A DNA stretch of 64,000 nucleotides from Eledone cirrhosa. Taxonomy: Eukaryota. The position numbers were made by a program, and so were the translations under genes. Where the stretch lies: assembly GCA_964016885.1 (NCBI GenBank), contig OZ024742.1:254572001-254636000 (forward strand). Reading direction: 5' to 3'. Positions 39,101 through 49,400 of the stretch are shown here, one piece after another. The stretch's first letter is position 1. Each line of letters starts with the position of its first letter. The notes below the pieces were generated by a model. The model searched no databases, was not told the origin of the DNA, and saw only the letters and a program-made list of their open reading frames with translations.

Positions 39101-40717
39101 ACTATCATTGTTCAATTCATCTACCACTAAATTTAGGATGTCAACCGAATCTTGTCCTAGCCCGTCAGCATTCATCTCCTCAGTGGCCGTATCTCTGTTC
39201 CAGGTATTATTTATCTCAGTATTTAGATCATTGTCTGCTTCGGGTGGTTCCTCCGTTCTCTCGACCTCTTCACCTTCATTTCCCACTGGCTCGTGTGTCC
39301 GGCATATTACACCCTCCATCTCCAAGCTATTCTCTCTGCTCAGTTCCTCCAGTTCCACCTCGCTTATCCACCCATTAGTTCTTATTACCCGAGCCAGCCC
39401 GGCCAATTTTTGTTCATCTAATTTAAATAGACCAATCTCTTTCCAGATGTTATGCATCCTTTTCCTATAGCCCCTCTCCTTGGGGTTACTTTTCAGGTAA
39501 CATTGCATAACAGTTCTATTCAATTCTTTCGTCCAGTTGGTTCTGGCCCCTTTCTTTCTTCTCTTTCCTCCAACATCAGCAGTATTTGGTTGACAGTCAG
39601 GTTCCTGCTGCTGAGCCAGGGAGCACCTGTTGGGTGAGAGTCTGTCACATGACGTTCTAGTCTCCATTTCACCATTATTCGAACTGTTTAGGTTCGATAT
39701 TTAAACACTCTTATCGAGGATTGGCGAATGTATGGTTACATAGCCATCTGTGGATTCTCCGTCGCCGGTGTTTGCGCCGCTCCACTTGGCACTTGTGTGG
39801 CATTATCCCCACGCTGTAGACGAACACAAATAAACAAACAAACACACAGGCAGAAAAGACCCTAAAAATGAATAAGCATAAGTTTCATTTTAATGTAGTG
39901 TTCGAATGTCTGACTTAGTTTTTCCCCCCTCTTCTTTGTCCGTCCGCTTGTTTCTCTCTTCATTCTTATTTTCTTTACGTTTTTTTTTTTTGTTTTGTTT
40001 TTCTCGTTTTTTGCTGTTGTTGCTGTGCTGCTTTGGTTTTGTTGTTTGTTTTTCTTTTTTCTTTTGAGTCTATTTATATATTTTGATGCCTTCCTCTTTT
40101 TTAGTAGTAGGAATTCTATAATGTGGTGGCAGCAGCCAGCAGGCAGATGTGGGAGACAGTAGCGGCTGTATCGATACTGAGACAGTGGTGGTGGTGATGT
40201 CGATACCGAGGCAGTGGTGGTGGTGATGTGATCGTATTACTGTAGTGATGGTGTTGTAGCGGTGGTAGCAATGAAGGAGTGGTGGCGGCGGTGATGGGAT
40301 AGTGGTGGTAATGATGGCAGTAGTGAGTGGTGGTGGTGAAATTGCCGTTATCTGGCTGTTGTGTTTAGTGTACACAGAGAGGTGATGGGGTAGGTGGTGT
40401 ATCTAGTTTCTGGTGTTGGTGAGTTTGGTGTTGTTTGGCTGTTCTATATAGTGTAGACAGAGGAGGGGGGTGTTCTTCTTCCATTTATAGCCATTTTCTT
40501 TTTTGAATATACAATGTACAATACAAAGTTGTATATTTGAATATTTGAGCCTTATAACAATATATTTTGGGTCCGAATTTTTGGGGACTCAAGCCGGATG
40601 CTTTACGTAGCATTTGTACTAAGAGTTGTTATTTCACAAATGATTTAAATATGTTAAAAATTCAAAACTTACGGGAGCGATTTCATGACCTTCCACCACC
40701 TCGTGCGTCTTCTTCCC
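36190..40717 (-). mobile_element. Full-length Dong/R4-clade non-LTR retrotransposon (copy A1, ~4.5 kb) in (TAA)n
   Basis: Single ORF, ~1.05-kb 5' UTR starting GGGAAGAAGACGCACG, short 3' UTR, and (TAA)n on both sides. Confidence 0.96.
36275..39667 (-). CDS. R4-clade polyprotein: Myb-like N-terminus, reverse transcriptase, CCHC zinc knuckle, restriction-like endonuclease (1130 aa)
   Basis: WTKELN...GYRKRM, SPGPDG, YRPITCL, WIDYRKAFD, GIFQGDSLSP, LFMDD, YKYLG, CRIC...HIVSEC, RH, RPD...DVACP...EKINRY. Confidence 0.96.
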   Translation of the reverse strand: METRTSCDRLSPNRCSLAQQQEPDCQPNTADVGGKRRKKGARTNWTKELNRTVMQCYLKSNPKERGYRKRMHNIWKEIGLFKLDEQKLAGLARVIRTNGWISEVELEELSRENSLEMEGVICRTHEPVGNEGEEVERTEEPPEADNDLNTEINNTWNRDTATEEMNADGLGQDSVDILNLVVDELNNDSGKRMNLRFVDRKKLKETTAKVNKVIPYLEARSLHQCNNILKTTANTVRKLLGIKARGNNRQERAEPWWKKRLSGQIKEMRNDIGKLESLLNGTLKNIGTKNRLEIKYNTRRKKLNIIIEELKQRIVAKSAKIRRYENRVSQYKQNRMFDNNQKMLFGQLEGKERGNDLIPGAEQTKIFWRGIWEQDVRHNDQAGWIETVQREIGEQAHQQTDLSITVETLKGQAKKLTNWKSPGPDGVQGYWIKNLTSLHPKLTAMFNDCLVSGEVPEWLTKGTTVLIMKDRIKGNDVTNYRPITCLSVMWKLLTSIVSEEIYHHLHTNNFLPDEQKGCRKKSCGTKDQLLIDKMVMGNCRRRHTDLAMGWIDYRKAFDMVPHSWITKSLEIFKVAENIRQLLGRSMGSWETELTSTGVSLGSVKIKRGIFQGDSLSPLLFVLALMPLTIMLRKVRAGYKLGRGELTINHLLFMDDLKLFGKSEKELDVLVDTVRIFSSDICMQFGIGKCGVIVMRRGRLSRNNGIQIPTGEMIKEIDSEEGYKYLGVLEADGIKNKKMKELLRTEYIRRIRCVLKSHLNSRNAISAVNSRAVSIIRYSAGILRWNVAEQKEMDRKTRKLLTIYNMFHKRSDVDRLYLTRSEGGRGLISIEDCVQMEKNNLYKYVTDSKEPMLRTVLKEGTEGQGMSKEEITSRRKSSLQGKSLHSTFFEKTEFRYPQTWNWLRRGDLKKATEGMLMAAQEQALKTKWLKHHIYKEEASPLCRICGDREETVAHIVSECKHLAQTHYKGWRHDVMGRVIHWHLCKVNNLPHSEKWYEHRPEAVMENDQVKVLWDFRIQTDKKLEHNRPDLVVVDKEKRSCLIVDVACPFDTRVQEKEREKINRYQDLKCEVKRIWNCHEVKVIPIVIGALGTISKSFQGWLKKIGPFTLFGTLQKACLLGTARTLRYVLNI

Positions 40718-40719
40718 TA

Positions 40720-40784
<65 letters not shown>

Positions 40785-40787
40785 CAA

Positions 40788-40975
40788 GGGCAGTGGATTG
40801 GCAGTATCGGTAGAGGGTCGGATGCCATGCTTTGTCGCATTGAGTTACGGCCCTTGTAATTCTGAGTTCAAATCCCGCTGAGGTTAACTTTGCCTTTCAT
40901 CCTTACGGGGTCGATAAAATAAAGTACCAGTAATGCACTGGGTAATTGGTGGCCTTTTACCAAAAGTAGAAACAA
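40788..40975 (+). mobile_element. Full-length Meta-domain SINE in a (TAT)n tract
   Basis: A and B boxes, Meta domain and tail. attattatca occurs on both flanks. Confidence 0.92.
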
Positions 40976-40994
40976 TTATTATCATTATCATTAT

Positions 40995-42405
40995 TATGTT
41001 TTTTCTTTGAGGTTCTAATGCTGGAGATGTATTAGGGTATCAGCTGTTCATTGCCCATAAACTGAGGTAACGCCGCTCATTTTTCCAAGCATCCTCTGGA
41101 GTATTGGAGCTGTCTCAAACAGTGCGGTTTTTTGCAAGTGCTCATCACATATTGACACCTCTTTTTGAGGAATGTACTTCTCAAGACCTTTACTTACTTC
41201 ACACATTCCAGGATCCAAGAATATCGAATAATATCATAGGCTTTGCATTAATCAAACCACAATATGACCAAGCTGGTTTTCCTTCTTTTGCGATCCCTAA
41301 GTATTGTTTTGTCTATCAAAAGCTGATCCTCAGTATCTTTGTACTTACACTTGCACACTTTCTGCTCCTCTGGAAAGACCCCATTTAATTCAAGGTGCCC
41401 ATTCATTGATTCTGAATTTATTCCAGCCTATAATTTCTCCATAAGTAGACTCCTCTTTTGTTTGGTCTAACCTATTGTCTAATCTCTTTGATTGTCTTTC
41501 TTCTTCTAGACATCTACATCCATGTTCCCTGCTACAACAATGCTTGCTGACTTAGGCAGATTATTTGTTTCTGTTGTGTTATTTTTTCTGATGTATTTCA
41601 GAATTTCATTTACCTCTTTTGTTTCTTAGTTCAACTTCCATTGGTCAACCTTTTTATGTTTGCAAATAATGTTATTGATATCCTCTTGTAACCTTGCTTT
41701 TATTCTGTCTAACATTGCCTTCTGCTCATCTCTCATGTCTCCTTGAATTCCATTGTCTTCCAGATCATCCATATTTCTCTCACTGGACAAACTATCATTG
41801 CTCGTCTTGTGTGTGTTACCAGAAATCTCTTCACTCTTATCCTCTACTGTAGGTTCCCTTTCTCAGTATGAGCTGTAATTTCATCATTTCTTCCACTGCT
41901 GTTTTATAATACTTGTCTTTTGGTAGCTTCGTGTTTCACATCTGTCAACAAGCGAATTTTTTTTAATGCTGTGGCTTGGTCACATAATCACTGCTCTATG
42001 AGTTAAAACAAAGCTCTTTCTCTCCATTGTCTGTACATATGTTCCTAGTATCCCTCAATAGGGACAATATTTTCATCTACAAGTTTGCTCTATGACCACA
42101 ACATTTGCTTGTTTACTCCCCTTCCAACTTGTTTGCTGATCCATTGCTGGATAACAACCTGCTGGAGTTGAACTAGATACTCCAAGTGTGCTGAACACCA
42201 CTTCTTCACCATCAAGGTTTCTTCTGAAATTTTGATTTGATATTACCACTCACATGAGGTAACGATTATTAGGTTGCAATTTGACAGGTTTTGTTTTTCA
42301 TCCATTGAGGATGGCCAAATTTACCCTCTTCACTGATCACCTGACAATGTCACAGATTGTACTGGGTTACATGTTACCAGTAGCACTTGAAAGTTTCCTA
42401 ACCAT
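40995..42405 (-). mobile_element. Internally deleted, decayed R4-like element of a different family
   Basis: Minus-strand remnants of Myb-like (EQ.LCDQA), RT (DQLLIDK, KAYD...SWI) and RLE C-terminal (LQKTALF) regions, with a TAA-like tail. Confidence 0.7.
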
Positions 42406-42413
42406 AATTATTT

Positions 42414-42700
42414 TGCCTTTCATTCTTACGGGGTCGATAAAATAAAGTACCAGTAATGTACTGGGTAATTGCTGGCCTTGTGCCTAAAGTAGAAACAATT
42501 ATTTGACAATCTAAGGGCGGTGAATTGGCAGTATCGGTAGAGGGTCGGACGCCATGCTTTGACGCATAGAGTTACAGCCCTTGCCATTCTGAGTTCAAAT
42601 CCCGCCGAGGTTAACTTTGCCTTTCATCCTTACGGGGTCGATAAAATAAAGTACCAGTAATGCACTGGTTATTTCTGGCCTTGTGCCAAAAGTAGAAACA
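42414..42700 (+). mobile_element. Tandem SINEs: truncated copy (42414-42500) and full-length copy (42515-42700) with TSD attatttgacaatcta
   Basis: The TSD is visible at ~42498-42513 and ~42701-42716. Confidence 0.92.
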
Positions 42701-42719
42701 ATTATTTGACAATCTATCA

Positions 42720-44158
42720 TAACCAACTTTGATGTTGCTTTGGGCCAGTTATTTTAGGGAATACTAGGCTACAGTTAGATACCTAGGGTAACTCTATATT
42801 TTTCATATCTTTCCTTGTCGTTTCACTACTGCTGGTAGTACAGAACCTTTTCAATATCTGAGCTTTTCCAGTAGGCGCAGTTCAATTCCTGGTGCAAAGT
42901 GTTTTTTTAACAGGTAATTTCCAAGGTTCTTTGTCACTATGCCAAGAGCACCAATCACCACTGGGACAATGGTGACTGTCTTCACTTCATTACTCCAGCA
43001 TTTCAAGATCTCATATTTTAAGTCAGCATAAGTCCCTATTTTCTCCTCTTTTTGTTCAATTCTGGTATCATAGCGTACAGCTTCTTTCCTTCTCAATTAC
43101 AACAATATCTGGTCTGTTGTGTTCAATCTTCATCTCAGTCTGAATTAGTAAGTCCCTAAAGAACCTTATCTCATTGTTCTCTAACACTCTGATTTCATTT
43201 GTGATACCGTGTTCGTAGCTTTTTTCTGTACATGGAAATTCATACTTTTTACACAAGCTCCAGTGCAACATGGTAGCCACTTTATCATGTTTACCTTTTG
43301 TTATATTCATTATAGGCTAACAGCTTACACTCTGGAACGGTATGGGCAACTGTTTCTGTTTATCCACACAAATTCTGTATTCAGTTTGAACATATTTCTT
43401 GTCTATGTTTTTCACTACCTGTCTTGTTTTTCTGGCTTGATTTTGTGCTGCTAATATAAGTAATTCCATTCCATTCTTAATGTAGTCTTTCCATAACCAT
43501 AACCAAGTATTTTTGTTATCACACACGTTTCTTGTTTACTTAAGGAATCCTGAAGGCAGGGGCTTTTCATCAAATTCTTTATTATGCTCTTTAGCAATCA
43601 CAGTCTTTGTATTTTCTGGGTCTCCATATATGCCTTCCCTGACAACTTCCAATATAAGTTTTTCTTCCTTATTTTTTTATGTAGAATCCTATAACACTTT
43701 CTTTTATTTAGACAGCATCCTGTATGTTCAGCATTCCCTACCTTCCTTTTTTCTTTTTCAATACTGGTGCCTACTTCGATAGATAGTGAGCATTTTACTT
43801 GTTTTATGATCAATTTCCTTCAACTCTACTTTTTTCCATTCTTCTATACCTGCACCATTCCTAATTAATGAAACAGCTCTGGCATTTATTCCCTGCACAG
43901 TATTTCTACCATTCAAACTGGACTTAAGCATCAATCTCTATTTTCAAACGTACTCTTTTCTGACAATATTTTCCACTTTTTTGCTTTTTAATGTATGGCT
44001 TTATAGCACACCTAGATATTTATATGCTTCATCTGTTTCCAGTGAAATGATTCTTTTACTGTTTGGTAGTTTGATTCCACCACACCTTACCAGCCTTCAA
44101 CGCATCACCTCTATCATTGCATATTTTGAAATTCCAAACTCCATCCTAATGTCCTCAG
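42720..44158 (-). mobile_element. Decayed 5'-truncated R4-like element (another family)
   Basis: LAAQNQA, CRIC-like, HDKVATMLHWSLC, HNRPDIVVIEK, IVPVVIGALG. The 5' junction abuts a (TAT)n tract. Confidence 0.85.
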
Positions 44159-44174
44159 AAATTATTATTATTAT

Positions 44175-44460
44175 TATCTTTTACTTAATGTCTCAATCAT
44201 TGATTGTTATTCAGCCAGAATAATTGCTGTAATGAACATCAAGTTGCTACCCGCAGTCTCAGATATTCAGGACATATTGGACGGTCATTGCCGTTCAAAG
44301 TAGGCATGCCTTTTGAAGTGTTCCAAACAGGAAAGTGGGCTGATGATCTTTAGCAAACATTGGAAACTCTTCGAGAGAGTATCCAGTGCTCCCATAATGA
44401 TGGGGATGACTTTGATCTCATGGCAGTTCCCAATCCTTTTCAGTTCCTTCTCCAGGTCCT
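44175..44460 (-). mobile_element. Short 3' fragment of Dong/R4
   Basis: QDLEKELKRIGNCHEIKVIPIIMGAL plus the homologous 3' UTR and TAA tail. Confidence 0.85.
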
Positions 44461-45628
44461 GAAGCATGAGAAGTGTAGTTTTTGCTGATGTTGTTTCTAT
44501 AGTATTGATAGTACCTTTCATAATATGTGTGCAGTGCCTAGTAGTGCTATCTTTTGTATGCTGTAAATATTTATAAGACCTGGGGTTTAGGTTATGTATT
44601 TGTCTTTTGTTTTTTATCATTCTCAGAGCACCTATTATTATAGATATTATTTCTGTTTCATTTTCCACATTCGGGTTATTTCTATCTCTAGATCTTTATA
44701 TTTGGAGAGTTTCTCTATTTCCTTGGAAGATATATTGTCGTCTTTGGGGGATTGATACAACTATTAAAAGGCATTTTCTGCTTTGTGGTCTTTCACTATA
44801 ATATCAGGTCAGTTGGCTTCGATTTCCCTGTCTGTACGTATTGGCAGGCATATCCCAGAGAATGGTTGCTTTGTCATTCTCTGACACTTTTTACGTGTGT
44901 GTTTATACCATCTTTTTTCTGTTAGTATTTCATAATGATGGCATAACTTCCAGTGTATGAAGGTCCCAACTATATCGTCCCTCTGGATATTCTGGACATC
45001 CAGAAATAATGTGGTTGACTGTTTCTTCCCTATCCCCACATATTCTACAGATACTTATTGTGCTTTGTTTCATTATGTACTTCTGGTAGTTTCTGGTGGG
45101 TAGGCTTTGGCCTGCACGGCAATTAGAAATCCTTCCATCCAGTGCTTCGGAGCCAATTGTGTATGTTTTCTTTGTCTGCTTACTTTTTATCTAGCTTTTT
45201 GGGGTATTTGCCATGTAACGATTTCTCTTGCCGTTGTTTTAACATGGCATTCTGGAGGTCAGTTCTCAATTTAGATTTTATACCTTTCACAATTTCTGTT
45301 GTTTTTTTTATTTGTTTTCATTTTTCTCTCAGTTATGTTATTCCAGTTTCTGATTTAACTTTTTTGGCTTCCTTGAAGACCGAGAACAGTTATTGTTTTG
45401 TTCATGTTTTGTGGCTATTTGTATTAGCTTTCTTTTGTTTTTTTATTAGGTAACTTTGTAGTCCTACAGTAATTATTTTATAAGAATTTACTAGTTGTAT
45501 AAGGACCTTTCCTCCTTGTGTCCTTGTGTTCTTGATAGATATAATCTTTCTACGTCTGAATTTGGATGGTCTTTTCTAAAGGCAGTCATTATTTTTCTTG
45601 TTTTCCCATCTATTCCAGCTAGTTCTTT
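44461..45628 (-). mobile_element. Decayed R4-like fragment (further family)
   Basis: FIHWKLCHHY...WYKH, IRTDREIEAN and IIIGAL motifs. Confidence 0.8.
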
Positions 45629-45629
45629 T

Positions 45630-46470
45630 AGTATCTATAGAGGGCTAGTGGAGGGGAAGAGTGACAACATTCTCGGGGAAACCTTTAGTGTAGAAGACGA
45701 TCAGCTGTTTGCTCTCTTCAAGAGAAATTTCAGCCCGGGGCCTATGGACAACTTCCAGAAATCCCTGGCCTGGCAGAGCTACCGGGAACGTTGGCGGTTC
45801 AAGATAAGCTCTACAGGCACAGAAGTGCCGTCATCCGAACCTGTCCGAGATGCGCACAGAGCGACGAAACCGTTGTGCATGCACTTGTTCAGTGTTCGAG
45901 CATAGCTGACTTGTGGAGCTATGTCAAACATTTGCTGTCACATGCAGGACGGATCCGGTTATCGACTGATTCCATTGTGCAGATAGCCCCACCATCCTCC
46001 TTTAAAGAGGAGGAGGGGCAGGCAGTTTTCATCTGTTTGGTGACCATGGTAAAAGAGATTGTATGGTTGACAAGGTTGAAAGGATTGAAGACGGGCACTT
46101 TCCTCTTCGGCGAATCCCCGATTAACTTTTCCAAATTTCACTTGAAGAGGAAATTCAGGGTGGAGAGGAAAGTGCTGTCTTCTAGTAAGTTTGTTGAAAG
46201 GTGGGTGAAGAGTCTGGTCCGAGTGTATGGGCCCGAGTGGAAGATTGCTCTGGTGGTCAGGGTGACCGTGGTCTTTTGTGTGGTTTTCGCCACGAGTGAC
46301 CCTTGGAGTTTTCCCCCTATTGGGAATTTTTGTTGTTTGAATTTTTTTGGTATTTCTATCTTCTTGTTATAACTTTTTTTACAAGGCCAAAATCCACTTT
46401 GTATCATCATGTGCCGTCTGAAATGTTTTTCTTCATGTTAGCCCTTCTGGCCAATAAAGAAACCATTATC
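45630..46470 (+). mobile_element. Tx1/L1-clade ORF2 3' fragment with (ATT)n tail
   Basis: Homologous to 19514-20176 (YRGLVEGKSD, PGPMDNFQKSLAWQ, CPRCAQSDETVVHALVQC). Confidence 0.9.
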
Positions 46471-46484
46471 ATCATTATTATTAT

Positions 46485-49400
46485 TGTTCTTTGAGTCTCA
46501 GTCATTGATGTTAGTTAACTGGAAAGTTTGTTGAAATGAATATCAAGGCGCTACCTGCAGCCTCAGATATTCAGGACATGTCGGAGGGTTCTTGCTGTTC
46601 CCGGCAAGCATGCCTTTTGAGGTGTTCCAAAAAGTGGGGCTGGACTAAGCTTCTTTAACCATCCTTGGAAACTCTTTGAGATAGTACCCAGTGCGCCTAT
46701 GACAATCGGGACCACTTTGACTTCATGGCAGTTCCAAATCCTTTTTAACTCCCACTTTAAGTCCTGGTATCAGTTAATTTTCTGCCTCTACTTTTCTTGC
46801 AATCTCGTGTCAAATTGGCAAGCTACATCTACAATCAGGCACGATCTTTTTTCCTTGTCCAAAACCACCCGGTCAGGCCTATTGTGTTCTAATTTCTTGT
46901 CCGTCTGTATCCTAAAATCCCATAGCACCTTCCCCTGATCGTTTTCTACCACCGACTCTGGCTTATGCTCATACCACTTCTCAGCATGTGGTAAATTGTT
47001 TACTTTGCATAGGTGCCAGTGGATCACCCTGCCCATCACATCATGTCTCCAGCCTTTATTGTGAGTCTGGGCTAGGTGTTTATACTCGGATACAATGTGA
47101 GACACAATCTCCTCTCTCTCTCCACAGATCCTACACAGTGGGCTAGCCTCCTCCCTGTAAATATGGTGTTTCACCCATTTCGTTTTGAGGGCCTGTTCTT
47201 GCGCAGCCATTAGCATTCCTTCTGTAGCCTTTTTAAGGTCTCCTCTTTTCAACCAGTTCCATGTCTGTGGATCTCTAAATTCAGTTTTCTCAAAGAAGGT
47301 ACTATGAAGGGATTTTTCATGAAGGTTGCTCTTCTTCCTTGTTGTTATTTCCTCCTTGGACATACCCTGGTCTATTGTCCTCTCCTTCAGTACAATTCTG
47401 AGCATTGGCTCCCTACTCCCAGTCACGTATTTGTGTAGGTTGTTTTCTCCATCTGAAAACAGTCCTCTATGCTGATAAGACCTCTTCCAACTTCAGATCT
47501 CCTTAAGTAGAGTCTATCGATATCACTCCTCTTGTGGACACATGTTGTCGATAGTCAATAGCTTCCTAGTCTTCCTATCCATTTCTTTTTGTTCAGCAAC
47601 ATTCCATCTCAGAATTCCCGCACTGTACCTAATAATAGACACAGCTCAGGAATTTACTGTACTTATGGCATTCCTACTGTTCAGATGTGATTTTAATACA
47701 CTCCTTATTCTCCGAATGTATTCAGATCTTATCAATTCCTAACTTTTTTGTTCTTGATGTCATCAGCCTCCAGAACACCCAAATATTTGTATCCTTCTTC
47801 AGTGTGAATTTCCTTTATCATCTCACCTGTTGGTACCTGGATTCCGTTGCTTCTTCTCAATTTACCCCTCTTCATCATTAGGACTCCACACTTACTAATA
47901 CCAAGTTGCATACATATATCATTGCTGAAAATTCGGACAGTGTCAACAAGCACATCCAACTTCTTCTCACTCTTCCCGAAGAGCTTAAGATCGTCCATGA
48001 AGAGGAGGTGATTGATGGTAAGCTCTCCCTTTCCAAACTTGTATCCTGCTCTCACTTTTCGCAGTATAATGGTCAGGGGGATCAGGGCAAGGACAAACGA
48101 CAGAGGGGACAAACTATCTCCCTGGAAGATACCTCTCTTGATCTTCACCCCTCCCAAAGGTTCTCCACCCGATGTTAACTCTGTTTTGCAGGACTTCATA
48201 CTTTTGCCCAACAACTGTCTGATGTTATCTGCCACCTTGAAGATCTCTAGGCTTTTGGTTATCCGAGAATGAGGTACCATGTCGAATGCCTTTTTGTAGT
48301 CTATCCATCCCATGGCAAGACCAGTGTGTCTCCTCTTGCAATTCCTCATTACCATCTTATCAATAAGTAACTGGTCTATTGTACCACGCGACTTCTTTTG
48401 GCATCCTTTCTGTTCGTCCGGCAACAAGTTGTTTATGTGGAGGTGATGGTAGATTTCATCAGACACAATGTTTGTTAACAGTTTCCACATTACGGACAGA
48501 CATGTGATAGATCTATAGTTGGTAACATCATTACCCTTGATTCGGTGTTTCATTACCACAACTGTTTTACCTTTTGTCAACCACTCTGGTACCTCACCTA
48601 ACATCAAGCAGTCATTGAATATGGTAGTCAGTTTCGGGTGGAGGGATGTTATATTTTTAATCCAATACCCCTGCACACCATCTGGGCCTGGTGATTTCCA
48701 GTTGGTTAGTATTCTGGCCTGCCTCTTAAGAGTTTCAACTGTGATACTCAAATCAGTTTGTTGGTGTGCCTGTTCACTAATCTCCTTTTGTACTGTCTCA
48801 ATCCACACTGCATGATCATTATGTTTAACATCCTGCTCCCATATTCCTCTCCAGAATGTCTTAGTCTGTTCCGCCTCAGGGATCACGTCGTTGCCTCTTC
48901 CTTTCCCTTCAAGCTGTCCAAACAACATCTTCTGGTTGTTGTCAAACATGTGGCTCTGTCTATACTGACTGACTCTGCCCTCGTATCACCTAATCTTTGC
49001 ACTCTTTGCTATAATGCGTTGCTTCAGTTCCTCTATGATAATATTTAGCTTTTTCCTCCTAGTTTTGTACTTTATTTCCAGTCTAATTTTAGTGTCTATG
49101 TTTTGTAGTGTCCTATTCAGTAGGGACTCAAGCTTTCTAATGTCATTTCTCATTTCCCTGATTTGACCATTCAGTGGTTTCTTCCACCAAGGTTCTGATC
49201 TTTCTTGTTTGTTGTTTCCTCTCGCTTTTATGCCAAGTAATTTCCTCACCGCATTTGCTGTTGCTTTGAGGATATTGTTGCACTGGTGAAGGTTCCTCGC
49301 CTCAAGCTATTGGATGACTTTGTTTACCTTAGCTGTTGTTTCTTTTAACTTTTTCCTGTCTACAAATCTTGGGTTCATAGGTTTCCCACTATCATTGTTC

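Noticed and set aside
39680-39830. HDV-like ribozyme upstream of the R4 ORF
   Set aside because: Small hairpins are present but I could not build the nested double pseudoknot by eye.
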